A stretch of 64,000 nt of DNA from a virus. Its lineage: Duplodnaviria; Caudoviricetes. The position numbers were made by a program, and so were the translations under genes. A model generated the notes under the pieces. It was not told where the DNA came from. It ran no database searches and saw nothing but the letters and a program-made list of their open reading frames with translations. This document shows, piece by piece, positions 42,634 to 52,290 of this stretch (its first letter is position 1; every line of letters begins with the position of its first letter). Location of the stretch: IMG/VR virus record IMGVR_UViG_3300031801_001562. One strand, 5' to 3'.

Positions 42634-42730
42634 ATTCTTCCTCCTCCTCTTCTTCTTCAGTCTCATCGAATTCTTCATCGATGTAATTATTAGCCCAGTC
42701 TTTATTTCGACGGCGTTCTTTTTTCGACAT
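42626..42730 (-). CDS. 34-aa micro-protein, basic N-terminus and poly-Glu C-terminus (MSKKERRRNKDWANNYIDEEFDETEEEEEEEEYE)
   Basis: Hand translation; SD AAGGA upstream; overlaps the queD start. Confidence 0.6.
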   Translation of the reverse strand: MSKKERRRNKDWANNYIDEEFDETEEEEEEEEYE

Positions 42731-42750
42731 ATTTTTTAAAATGTCCTTAC

Positions 42751-43308
42751 TTAAACTCTCTCTTGTTTTTTGTTGTTTAAATGACTTTGCCATAGTGTTG
42801 GACTCGATGTTTTTATTTTTTTAAGAAAATTTCTTCGTTTTCTCCTCGCATTTTGTATATGAATTTGGCTAGCCCCTTCATAAAAAATTTTTCCTTTTAT
42901 ATGATCCATTTCATGTAAAAAGATACGAGCAGATAAATCAGAAAAATAACCTGAAAAGTTTTTACCTTCAGCGTCTTCCCAAGAGGCCGATAAACTTTTA
43001 GGTCTACTTATTTTAATATATAATCCAGGATATGTCAAACATCCTTCATTCTCCCAAACATTTTCTTCAGACTCTTCAATAATTTGTGGATTATACACTG
43101 CCATGCTATTTCCTTCGTGATTCATAGCAAAAACACTATATCGATAGCCTAACTGATTTGAGGCTAGCCCTACTCCGTCATAGTATTTCATATTTTCTAT
43201 TAATTCATCCCGGAATTCAATAGGATTAATTGGAGGGCTCCAGAAACTAAATGGAATAGTTTCCTGTTCTAATAATTCATGACCTTCTGGTAATAAAGGT
43301 TTAATCAT
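42751..43308 (-). CDS. def: peptide deformylase
   Basis: GVGLASNQ, EGCLT, HEMDH. Confidence 0.92.
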   Translation of the reverse strand: MIKPLLPEGHELLEQETIPFSFWSPPINPIEFRDELIENMKYYDGVGLASNQLGYRYSVFAMNHEGNSMAVYNPQIIEESEENVWENEGCLTYPGLYIKISRPKSLSASWEDAEGKNFSGYFSDLSARIFLHEMDHIKGKIFYEGASQIHIQNARRKRRNFLKKIKTSSPTLWQSHLNNKKQERV

Positions 43309-45017
43309 ATTATTACACTAAAGTTTTTTCGTTTTTCAAATTTCATATGAACTCTGAATTTATCATACAAGGTATCTCCCTTATGAGAAATTACAAAAAC
43401 ATTTGTAGTAGTTCCTTGTTCATTGACTATCTTCATAAATTCATCTGTTCCGTCACCATCTAAGGAACTATCAAATACTTCATCTAATATTAATAAATTA
43501 GTATTAACTGAATTTTTTAATTTAGCAACTGTCCTCCATGTAAACAATAATGATAAATCAATACGCATCTTCTCCCCCTCACTAAAAGAATCATATGTAA
43601 AATCATCTCTATATCTTGACTTTATCTCTTCATTAAAGTTTTCGTCTAAATTAAAAGATACGAAAAAGTTCATTTGTGTTAAATATTTATTAATCAATTT
43701 ATTCATGATCGGCAAATATTGTTTTATAATTCTAGACTTTATACCCTCATCTTTTAAAATATTTCTAGCTGTTTCATGTATAAATTTTTCTTCAATTAGT
43801 TCTTCCGTTTGAACTTCTATTTCTTTAAATTCTTTTCCATATTCTTTTAATTTCTTTCTTTCATCATTTATATCACCAGTATCTTGCTCTAAATGATTTA
43901 TATTTTCTTGTTGTTTTTTAACATATTGATCAATAACACTTATACCATTATTAATTGACTGTATTGTTGTTTGATGATTTTGTATGTTTTCTTGAATTGA
44001 TTGTATTGCTGATAATCGATTTCTGGTTTCATCGAGTTCTCCATCGATTTTATCAACTGCGGATTTAAATTCTTCAATCTTTTTTTGCTTTTGTATAATT
44101 TCTTTGTGTTTGAAGGCGTGGTCGATATTCTGCTTACACGTTGGACAGTCATCATTTGACTCAAAGAAGGAGATATTCTTTTGTTCGGAATCAACATTTC
44201 TGAGAATGGAGCGTTGATATTCTGTAAGTTTATCATGCTTATCATTTACTTGTTTATCATCAGATACTTCATTTAAAAATTCTTCTACTGATTTATTAAT
44301 TTCATCAATTTGTTTTATGCGAGAATCTTTTTCATCTAAGGATTTTTTAATATCTTTTTCATATTTTGTAATAAGAGTTTTGGTTTTACGTTTTAACTGT
44401 GATATATAGTTCTCTTTTAAATCTATTTTGTTTTCAAGTAAATCTCTAGCTAATTTGGTTTCATCTATTTTTATTTTATTATCTATCGCATATGATTTAA
44501 GAATATTATTCATAGAAGAAAATATTTGTATATCTAATAAATCCTCTATTATATCTCTTCTGTCTGCCGCTCTCAATTGCATGAAAGGAACAAATGAAGA
44601 ATTTCCTAAAATTACTATTTGAGTAAATGATTTATAATTTAACTTTAATACATTTTTTTCTAAAAATTCTTGAAAATCTCTTACATTAGCATTTTGTTGT
44701 AATTGTGTGCCATCTGTTTCTATTTCAAAGAAATTTGGCTTAATTCCTCTGCGAACTAAAATATGTTTTTTACCTACTAAAAATTCTACCTCAACAACTG
44801 CTTCTCTTTCGTTGACAGAATTTACTAATTGGGGTTTATTAACATTACGAAATGGTTTACCAAATAAACCAAATGTTAATGCATCAAGCATGGTACTTTT
44901 ACCCGCGCCATTATCTCCGATAATAAGTGTAGTTTTAGATCTATCCAGGTCTATCTGGGTAAATACGTTGCCGCTACTTAAAAAGTTTTTGTAGCGAACA
45001 GTTTTAAATAAGATCAT
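43305..45017 (-). CDS. gp46: gp46 recombination endonuclease ATPase subunit (SbcC/Rad50-like)
   Basis: GDNGAGKS, coiled coil, CPTC hook, FSEGEKMRID, LDEVFD. Confidence 0.95.
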   Translation of the reverse strand: MILFKTVRYKNFLSSGNVFTQIDLDRSKTTLIIGDNGAGKSTMLDALTFGLFGKPFRNVNKPQLVNSVNEREAVVEVEFLVGKKHILVRRGIKPNFFEIETDGTQLQQNANVRDFQEFLEKNVLKLNYKSFTQIVILGNSSFVPFMQLRAADRRDIIEDLLDIQIFSSMNNILKSYAIDNKIKIDETKLARDLLENKIDLKENYISQLKRKTKTLITKYEKDIKKSLDEKDSRIKQIDEINKSVEEFLNEVSDDKQVNDKHDKLTEYQRSILRNVDSEQKNISFFESNDDCPTCKQNIDHAFKHKEIIQKQKKIEEFKSAVDKIDGELDETRNRLSAIQSIQENIQNHQTTIQSINNGISVIDQYVKKQQENINHLEQDTGDINDERKKLKEYGKEFKEIEVQTEELIEEKFIHETARNILKDEGIKSRIIKQYLPIMNKLINKYLTQMNFFVSFNLDENFNEEIKSRYRDDFTYDSFSEGEKMRIDLSLLFTWRTVAKLKNSVNTNLLILDEVFDSSLDGDGTDEFMKIVNEQGTTTNVFVISHKGDTLYDKFRVHMKFEKRKNFSVII

Positions 45018-45334
45018 TCAGTCTCAGCTAAAAATTGAGGTTTAAACTTATCTCCATTTTCAAATTGATATTCGGCTTGTTTTAGCTGATATTTAAGAGC
45101 TTTATTTACTAATTGATTTAATGTTATATCCTCTTCATGAGCCATTAACATTAAATCAAATAATTCTTTTTCCGGTAAATCTATTTCTACAGATTCTTGT
45201 TTATCTTCTTTATTTTTGAGATCGGTCAGATCTTGTTGCATAAAAATTCTCTCTGCTTCTTTCAATGAACAATTATGTTCTCTGGCTATTTCAGGTAAGC
45301 GCTCACCATAAAACCAATTTGCGTTGTCACTCAT
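45014..45334 (-). CDS. hypothetical protein with a ribbon-helix-helix-like C-terminus
   Basis: VEIDLPEKELFDLMLMAHEEDITLNQLVNKAL. Confidence 0.6.
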   Translation of the reverse strand: MSDNANWFYGERLPEIAREHNCSLKEAERIFMQQDLTDLKNKEDKQESVEIDLPEKELFDLMLMAHEEDITLNQLVNKALKYQLKQAEYQFENGDKFKPQFLAETE

Positions 45335-45335
45335 A

Positions 45336-46391
45336 TTATTCTAAGGTTAAAGATTCATTATATAGGTTTCTCATTAAAATGTCAAGTCTTTTTTTATCTG
45401 CGACCGTTTCCATCTGTTCTATATACGAAGATAAAATAGTCATAGTATCTTGAGCTTCATCAACGAATGTTTCATCGTCATCTAATTCGGCGAAAGATTC
45501 AACAACAGTAATATCCCCTACTCCAGATTTATACATTTTATCTAATACTACATCAAATAGATATGGATTAGTTTTATTTTCAACAATTATTTTAACATAA
45601 CAATTTTTCCATTTATCAAAATTTTCTCCTTGAACTGTTTCTACGGTCCACTCTAAATCATTATAAAAATACTTATGAAACATTTCATAGGGATTTTCAA
45701 TAAATATTAATTCTCTAGTTTCAAAATCAAACATATGAAATCCTCGCGGATCTTTATAATCCATCCAATTAGTTTGATAAGGGTTTCCGAGATAATATAT
45801 AGTACCGTTATCTGACTTATGGTGAAAATGGCCACTAAAAACCATATCAAATTTATCAAATAACTTTCGATCTAATCCTTCAGCACAAAATTGTCCCCTA
45901 ATCATTTCAAAACCATTTACTTCAAGATGTCCAAACATTAAATCACATTTAGTATTATTAATTAATTCAACAGCTCCTTCATAATTTTCCTTACATAACC
46001 AAGGCATCATTACAAATGTTGAATCACAATATGTTAATTCACATGGGTTACTATAAGTTATAATGTTAGAATATTCTTTTAATAAAAGGTTAGGAGAATT
46101 TACTTCATTGGTAGTTTTATAGAATGTATCATGATTTCCAGCCAACATATGACATTCTATATCATTTTTTGCCATGGGATCAAAAAACATACGTTTAGCA
46201 TCATACAGAGATTTATAATTAACAAACTTTCGTCTATCAAATACATCTCCCATGTGTATAAGTTTTTTTATATTATGTTCTTTAAGATAAGGAAAGAATA
46301 TATTTTCGTAAAATTTGGTAAAATAACTAGAAAAAGCTATGTTATCATTCCTGGCACCGAAATGGGTATCCGTAAGTACAGCTGTTTTCAT
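45336..46391 (-). CDS. gp47: gp47 recombination endonuclease nuclease subunit (SbcD/Mre11-like)
   Basis: DTHFG, GDVFD, GNHD, GHLE, SGHFH. Confidence 0.95.
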   Translation of the reverse strand: MKTAVLTDTHFGARNDNIAFSSYFTKFYENIFFPYLKEHNIKKLIHMGDVFDRRKFVNYKSLYDAKRMFFDPMAKNDIECHMLAGNHDTFYKTTNEVNSPNLLLKEYSNIITYSNPCELTYCDSTFVMMPWLCKENYEGAVELINNTKCDLMFGHLEVNGFEMIRGQFCAEGLDRKLFDKFDMVFSGHFHHKSDNGTIYYLGNPYQTNWMDYKDPRGFHMFDFETRELIFIENPYEMFHKYFYNDLEWTVETVQGENFDKWKNCYVKIIVENKTNPYLFDVVLDKMYKSGVGDITVVESFAELDDDETFVDEAQDTMTILSSYIEQMETVADKKRLDILMRNLYNESLTLE

Positions 46392-46978
46392 GGAGTTGTT
46401 TTAGCCTCCACCATATAAGGTACCAATGTATTGGCTGCACTTGCTGTGGATTTTTTTGATTTTCTAGCTTTTGCTGCTTCAAAATCTCCTACAAATTTAT
46501 ACATATTTGCTTTTTGTTCTTCTGATAAAACTTCAACATTGAAGTGATGATCATCCAGATCATGTTCTGATAACACAATACTATCAGATAACATACTATT
46601 ATTGTGAATGGTTTTATATTTTATATAAAGTTGCTTTTTTTCTTTTTGTATTCTTCTAATAAATGCAAAATATATAATTTGGGTAAAATAAGAAAATGGA
46701 TTAGAAGATCTTTCTGGATTAAAATTGTGAGCGGATTGTACACAATTTTCTATTCCATCCGATATCATTTCATCTCTAAAAGTATAATTAACAAAGTTTG
46801 GTCTCAAACTTAATCTTTCCGCAATTTTCATAAAGCATGATCCAATATAATCTGGAATAATTGGAACTAGTTCTTCTGGATTTTTTTCCTTTACCTCAGC
46901 ACAATGATTTTTATAACTAACCATTTCTTCATGAAATTTTTTATTATCTACATAATGTATTGACTTCGCTCTGGCCAT
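46388..46978 (-). CDS. gp55: gp55 late-transcription sigma factor
   Basis: HYVDNKKF, IA..LS.RPNF.NY..RDEMISDG, NPFSYFTQIIYFAF.RRI. Confidence 0.95.
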   Translation of the reverse strand: MARAKSIHYVDNKKFHEEMVSYKNHCAEVKEKNPEELVPIIPDYIGSCFMKIAERLSLRPNFVNYTFRDEMISDGIENCVQSAHNFNPERSSNPFSYFTQIIYFAFIRRIQKEKKQLYIKYKTIHNNSMLSDSIVLSEHDLDDHHFNVEVLSEEQKANMYKFVGDFEAAKARKSKKSTASAANTLVPYMVEAKTTP

Positions 46979-46985
46979 GGCTTAC

Positions 46986-48305
46986 CTATTTTTTTGATGA
47001 CTTAGTTTTCTTTTTAAGCGCTTTACTAATTGCTGCTTTAACCGGTTGTTTCTTTGCTACCTTTTTAACCGGTTTCTTTGCTACCTTTTTAACCGGTTTC
47101 TTTGCTTCAGCCGGTGGTGGTATGAGAATATCTACTTTCTCTTTAACTTGGTTCTGTGGTCGGGCTTCAGCATCTTTTTTTTGTGCTTCTCTATATACAT
47201 TTACAATTTCATCCTGAAAATTCGTTGCATCTTGTTTTAACCTTTGCATTGATTCTAAAGTTGGATATTCTTTCTTTTTATGATAAGATGTTGTTTTTTG
47301 CATAGTATTTTGGGCAGACAACTCTTCAATATCAACGGTAGCTATTTCTGTTGGATAAAACAACTTCATTGTTTTTTGATGAAATTGAACACTTTGCGGA
47401 GTATAATTTCTCTCTGGAATCATATCCGCCGGAGGAAATACAATCACTGTAGGAGTACCTATAAGCTGTGCTAAGTAAGCAAAACCACCGCGCGATGATA
47501 TTAGATAAGAACAATTTGAAATTGCGGTAAAGAGCTGTTTAGGAGTCATAGTATAATCAAGATACTCTATGCTACGTTTGGATTTCTTTAATGCCTTTTC
47601 CAAATCATTCCAATATGTAGTAACAACTTTTTCATCTCGTGATATCATTTTATCACCGATGTTTTCAAAAGAATTTTGTGAAATCAAATCCCAACCAATC
47701 GGCGGAGAATATTTGTATATACAAACAGAATCTTTTTTAGGTCTCTTCCATTGTGTTTTAGTTGGATACCATTCCATTTGTGTTGAAAGCGGTGAAAACA
47801 CATATTGCTCCATATTAGTTGGAACATACTTATACCACATATTTCTATGAGTTCTATCTATATGAGCAAAAAGATTTTTACCTTTCAAAGCACTTTTATA
47901 AGTTCTTAAAATATTTCCGAAAGACCTTCTTATTTTAGTAAATTTATATTCAATATCTGAATCCCATTCTTTAACCATATATTCAATTTTGGCTAAAGTG
48001 GATTCTTTATTATTGAACCCTTTTGTCACATGGGTTTCATCATACAAAATTTTCAATCTTATAGGTCTAATTTCATTTAACCACAACCAATAATTCATAT
48101 TACAAACAATATCGCCATAACCATAATCAGTTATTAAACTAACCATTTTAGATAGATCTACATTAAGTTCATTTAAAAATACAGAATCTATACTATTATG
48201 ATGATATAATTCGTGTTCTAATTGATGATATTTTGCCCACCTATTAGTAGGTAAGAGCATCCTATTCTCATCAAATAAAACTTTTATTGCTGTTTCTTTA
48301 TCCAT
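46986..48305 (-). CDS. putative GT9-like (heptosyltransferase-fold) glycosyltransferase with a Lys-rich histone-H1-like tail
   Basis: AISNCSYLISSRGGFAYLAQLIGTPTVIVF resembles the GT9 C-domain; tail PVKKVAKK repeats. Confidence 0.5.
   Translation of the reverse strand: MDKETAIKVLFDENRMLLPTNRWAKYHQLEHELYHHNSIDSVFLNELNVDLSKMVSLITDYGYGDIVCNMNYWLWLNEIRPIRLKILYDETHVTKGFNNKESTLAKIEYMVKEWDSDIEYKFTKIRRSFGNILRTYKSALKGKNLFAHIDRTHRNMWYKYVPTNMEQYVFSPLSTQMEWYPTKTQWKRPKKDSVCIYKYSPPIGWDLISQNSFENIGDKMISRDEKVVTTYWNDLEKALKKSKRSIEYLDYTMTPKQLFTAISNCSYLISSRGGFAYLAQLIGTPTVIVFPPADMIPERNYTPQSVQFHQKTMKLFYPTEIATVDIEELSAQNTMQKTTSYHKKKEYPTLESMQRLKQDATNFQDEIVNVYREAQKKDAEARPQNQVKEKVDILIPPPAEAKKPVKKVAKKPVKKVAKKQPVKAAISKALKKKTKSSKK
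47048..47106. repeat. 24-bp tandem repeat (~2.5 copies) encoding PVKKVAKK
   Basis: GGTTTCTTTGCTACCTTTTTAACC unit read directly. Confidence 0.9.
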
Positions 48306-48377
48306 ATTATACCCTATTTCTGTAATAATATCAACTGTTAACTTACAGTTGATTTTTTTGAAAAAATATATTATAAT
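48306..48377. promoter_or_regulatory. back-to-back sigma70-consensus promoters around a 9-bp inverted repeat
   Basis: Minus: TTGATA(48329-34)-N17-TATAAT(48306-11). Plus: TTGATT(48349-54)-N17-TATAAT(48372-77). IR: ATCAACTGT-N6-ACAGTTGAT 48330-48353. Confidence 0.6.
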
Positions 48378-48410
48378 AAATATGTTGTCGGCACCGGAGA
48401 ATATATAAAA

Positions 48411-49859
48411 TTACATCCTAATGTGAAACATACTATATTTAAATTGTTGTTCATTATATTGGGAAATTCTTTCTTTAAAATGTTTAAGTGTATAATTGGT
48501 ATAAGATTTATAAGATAAATCATCAGCTATATCAAATAATACTGCTTCTTTTTTATTATCCCCTTTTCGCAACCCTCTTCCTATTGATTGTAAATTTCTT
48601 ATTTTAGACTTAGAAGGACTGGCAAAAATGATATTATGAAGATTCCTAATATTAATACCAGTAGAAAAAGTTCCGAATGAAGCCACAATAATCGCATCGG
48701 TTTCTGTTTCTGTAATTTTTCTGATTTCTTCTCTGTCTGATCCATCAACTCCTCCATGTATAAAAAATACTTTCCTGTTATCCTCTGCTTTTTCTTTTAT
48801 TATATTATATAATATTTTGCCATGTTTTTCAACAAATTGAAATAAAAGCAAAGAGTTCCCTTTTAAATCGATTGCTAAATTTCTAATAAATTTATTTCTT
48901 TTAGGATGTCTAACAAGATAGTCCATTTCATCTTGATATGAAAAACCTTTACACTCAGCTTTTGCTTCATTACTATAAGTTAATATGAGAGCTTTAATAG
49001 AAAATTGTGAAAGATATCCTGCATCAATTAAATCTTTTGTTTGGGTTACACTAAAAATTGGACCGAATAATCCCTCAAGAATTAACCTGTGAGTTTGAGT
49101 ATCATCTAATGTTCCCGTTGTGCCAAATTTGTATCTACATTTTTTTAACTTACTCATTACAGAAGTTAAAGATTTGGCTTTAAATAGATGTGCTTCGTCG
49201 CCCACCATGAACTCGAATCTTTCGAAATAACTTTTAGGCATACCATATATTGATTGCCAAGTTGATATAACTACTGGCTTATCAGTTTCTTTTTCTTTAC
49301 CAGCACTTATAATATGACAATTTTTTTCCACGTTCCAGTCATTACTATATTCTTGAAAATCTGTATACATTTGTTGTGTTAATGATACAGTTGGTACCAC
49401 TATAAGACTCCTTGTATTATAATATCTTAAAAGTAAATATATTATGAGAGATTTACCAGAGGCTGTTGGAGACAAGAGTAAACACCTATCATTTTGAATA
49501 CAATGTGTTACAGCTCTTAATTGATAATCTCTAGGTTCTAGATTTAAAGCGTAGTGTCCATATAACCGAGAGCAATCAGTATCAGTGAAATTATTATTAC
49601 CGAACGTAAAACTTTTATCAACTTGTAACTCATAGTCTCCGGTTTCACAGAATTTTTTAACATATTCAGCAAGCCCATAATATAATCTCCTTGTTCTTAT
49701 ATCAAATAGTCTAATTTTACCGTCCCAAAATCCATTTTTGTAGGACGATGTGAATCTAGCATTTGGAACTTCAAACGTAAAATAATCATTTAATTCTGCG
49801 GCTTGACCTCTTTCACATTCCACTAATAAATGAACATCATCTATTTTTTTTAATATCAT
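48411..49859 (-). CDS. uvsW: UvsW RNA-DNA/DNA helicase
   Basis: PRDYQ, SPTASGKS, DEAH, TGT, FSTGINI, QSIGRGLR. Confidence 0.95.
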   Translation of the reverse strand: MILKKIDDVHLLVECERGQAAELNDYFTFEVPNARFTSSYKNGFWDGKIRLFDIRTRRLYYGLAEYVKKFCETGDYELQVDKSFTFGNNNFTDTDCSRLYGHYALNLEPRDYQLRAVTHCIQNDRCLLLSPTASGKSLIIYLLLRYYNTRSLIVVPTVSLTQQMYTDFQEYSNDWNVEKNCHIISAGKEKETDKPVVISTWQSIYGMPKSYFERFEFMVGDEAHLFKAKSLTSVMSKLKKCRYKFGTTGTLDDTQTHRLILEGLFGPIFSVTQTKDLIDAGYLSQFSIKALILTYSNEAKAECKGFSYQDEMDYLVRHPKRNKFIRNLAIDLKGNSLLLFQFVEKHGKILYNIIKEKAEDNRKVFFIHGGVDGSDREEIRKITETETDAIIVASFGTFSTGINIRNLHNIIFASPSKSKIRNLQSIGRGLRKGDNKKEAVLFDIADDLSYKSYTNYTLKHFKERISQYNEQQFKYSMFHIRM

Positions 49860-50299
49860 TGTCCCATTGTAAATCGTAAAAAGTCAATAGCCGATTTAAT
49901 GTTATATCCTCTAGTATTTAGGGATTTGATAATCGATTCTAAAAACTCTACTTTTATCTTTTGATATTCCAGTTTTTGATTTGCTTCAATTAAATCATCA
50001 TCTCCCTGAAGATATGTTTCTATTTTAGGTTCATATCCTTTGATTAATTTAATTTTAAATTGTTCCCAGCCATGCTCTTCTAATTCTTCTTCACTCATTT
50101 TTCCAGCATACCAAATAGTTTTATACTTTAGAAGTTTCTTATTTTCAAAAAATAACTTCTTTTGAGAAAGAGACTCATCGTTATAAATCCCTAAGTATTT
50201 ACTATGAAGATTGGGGAGTTTTAATAATTCTATATCTAATTTGGTATCGTCAATCTGACAATCTTTTTGCCATATTGTTTGAATATCACTTAATTTCAT
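49856..50299 (-). CDS. uvsY: UvsY recombination mediator
   Basis: W.KD..ID...L...P.LHSKY...RG.NIKSAIDF. Confidence 0.9.
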   Translation of the reverse strand: MKLSDIQTIWQKDCQIDDTKLDIELLKLPNLHSKYLGIYNDESLSQKKLFFENKKLLKYKTIWYAGKMSEEELEEHGWEQFKIKLIKGYEPKIETYLQGDDDLIEANQKLEYQKIKVEFLESIIKSLNTRGYNIKSAIDFLRFTMGQ

Positions 50300-50305
50300 A
50301 ATGTT

Positions 50306-50830
50306 TTATGTAGGTTCGTTTAGCCTTGTCATTGTATAATAATTATATTGAAAAACTATATCAGCTGTAGAATATGTTATATCGGCAGCCATTATATCAA
50401 ATTGAACTGCTCCCAAAGATTTAGGCCATAAATTATAAAAATCGAATCTTAATGAGGGATTTTTTGAACCAGTAAGAATGAATAAAGATCCAGTTGTATC
50501 GACTCCGAGTTCTTTTCTTTTTGCATACTCTTTAAATCCAAAAGGTTTTCCTAAACCAATTATCCATGTTTGAATTTCTTCCCAATTTCTTAGATATTCA
50601 TCAACAATTATTGTTATTGAAAATTCATCAAATGTCACATTATCGCCAGCTACAAAATGTTGTTTATGAGGTGTGGGGATAGGTATTTCTGATATTGAAA
50701 CGCCGGGTAAATTAGCTGTTTGACAGTAAAATTGAGTTTCTGGCATAGCAGAGCAAAGAAATCTAAAGCCAGTAGGTGAAAGGTAATTTATATTATCTGT
50801 ACCGCGTACTCCGGTAGATGCTTGTGCCAT
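50306..50830 (-). CDS. gp3: gp3-like tail completion/sheath stabiliser (gp19-fold)
   Basis: NYLSP.GF.F, FYCQ.AN.PG, VDE.L.NW, WP.SL; canonical position after gp23. Confidence 0.8.
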   Translation of the reverse strand: MAQASTGVRGTDNINYLSPTGFRFLCSAMPETQFYCQTANLPGVSISEIPIPTPHKQHFVAGDNVTFDEFSITIIVDEYLRNWEEIQTWIIGLGKPFGFKEYAKRKELGVDTTGSLFILTGSKNPSLRFDFYNLWPKSLGAVQFDIMAADITYSTADIVFQYNYYTMTRLNEPT

Positions 50831-50847
50831 TGATACCTCGTGAGCAT

Positions 50848-50883
50848 AAAAAAAGGGTAAAGAATCTAAGACCCCTTACCCTT
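50848..50883 (-). terminator. rho-independent terminator after gp23
   Basis: AAGGGUAAGGGGUC-UUA-GAUUCUUUACCCUU stem (with G-U pairs) followed by a U-tract. Confidence 0.8.
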
Positions 50884-50890
50884 ATTTATA
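50883..50890 (-). promoter_or_regulatory. T4 late promoter TATAAATA abutting the terminator
   Basis: Exact consensus. Confidence 0.65.
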
Positions 50891-50910
50891 TCACTTAATT
50901 TAATACAAGA

Positions 50911-52242
50911 TTACATCAAGTTTGTAACAAGACATCGTCTGTAATAAACATTAGTATTATAAGTGAGTGATCCATCACTAGAAGCAGCAGTTCCAGTAGA
51001 GAAAGGATTAGACACCATTCCATAACGTGTCTTAAATCCAATCTTTGGCTGAAAGTTGTTCTCACCAACCGCACGTACCATTTGTAGTGGAACGTATGGG
51101 CAGTAGAAAAGTCCTGCATCATATGCGCTAGAACCTTTGTATCCTAGTACAAACCAATTTGTATCTTGGATTGTTGCATATGGATCAACATATACTTTAT
51201 AACGACCGTTAAGAGTACCAGCAAAAGTTGATTGTGTATCATCAACATTCAAGGCATCGTTACCGGAAAGAGCAGGTGTGTAATCAAGTACACCAGCCAT
51301 TTGCAATGCGGAAGCAACATCCGAAGAAGTCATAAGGATATTACCTTTTCCTCTACGTGTGTCGTGCCCGATAGCATTAGCTTCGCGCTCAATCTGGAAC
51401 ATCAGTCCCTTGAATTTTTCAACCATCCAACGACCATTTGAATCAACATCCATATCGAATGTACCGGCTGTGGCTACGTTGTTTTGGGCACCAGTTTTGG
51501 CGTTACCATAAATTGTTCGGATAACTTCGCGGTTAATCTCTGCTAAAATTTCTGAACTCAAAATATTTGAAAGTTCAGTTTCAGCATCAAGACCATGAAT
51601 TGCTTTCAGGTCTTGGGCGAGTTCCATTGTGTACTCACCTTTGAGTGCGCGTGTTTTCGCTGTAACAGTTACCTTGTCGATTGAGAAGGCCATTTCAGCA
51701 AAAGCATTTGCAGCCGAATCGCCAAGTGCTTCACCAAGTGCCGTAGTCATTCCACGACCAGGTAGATATGCAGTTGAACTTGAAGCGGCAGCCGCTGGGT
51801 TACCATTAGCGGTATGTGCGGATGTAGCTGCAGCGTCACCACCAGAAATACCAGAATCAGCTTCACTGAAAAGTGCTTCTGAACCAGTTTGACTTGCATA
51901 ACGGGACTTCATGGCGAAAATTAAGCCAGTCGGACCTGTCATAGGTTGAACACCGCAAACATCGTATGCGATTAAGAGAGGCATACTTCTGCGAACCAAG
52001 GAAATAAGTACAGGGTCATAACCCTTAATATTTCCAGCTGTAGTACCCATTCCGGCACCAACTGCGTTCCCAGGAGCGTCCTCAAATAAAATAGTAGATC
52101 CGCCTTCTTCCATAATTGATTTTTCCTCATTCTCTAACAAAACAGCTGTTACTGCTTTCCTATAAGAATCTTTAATAGGAGGAAGATCAGGATGGTCGAG
52201 TACGGGACCCCATTTTTCTTGTAAGGTTTCAGACAAATACAT
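50911..52242 (-). CDS. gp23: gp23 major capsid protein
   Basis: KW.PVLDH, DPVLISLVRR, GVQPM.GPTGLIFAM, TRALK.EY..ELAQDL, FQPKIGFKTRYG. Confidence 0.98.
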   Translation of the reverse strand: MYLSETLQEKWGPVLDHPDLPPIKDSYRKAVTAVLLENEEKSIMEEGGSTILFEDAPGNAVGAGMGTTAGNIKGYDPVLISLVRRSMPLLIAYDVCGVQPMTGPTGLIFAMKSRYASQTGSEALFSEADSGISGGDAAATSAHTANGNPAAAASSSTAYLPGRGMTTALGEALGDSAANAFAEMAFSIDKVTVTAKTRALKGEYTMELAQDLKAIHGLDAETELSNILSSEILAEINREVIRTIYGNAKTGAQNNVATAGTFDMDVDSNGRWMVEKFKGLMFQIEREANAIGHDTRRGKGNILMTSSDVASALQMAGVLDYTPALSGNDALNVDDTQSTFAGTLNGRYKVYVDPYATIQDTNWFVLGYKGSSAYDAGLFYCPYVPLQMVRAVGENNFQPKIGFKTRYGMVSNPFSTGTAASSDGSLTYNTNVYYRRCLVTNLM

Positions 52243-52290
52243 TGTTATTCTCCTGTATGTATTTTAGTAAATTTAAATTTAAAAAAAATA

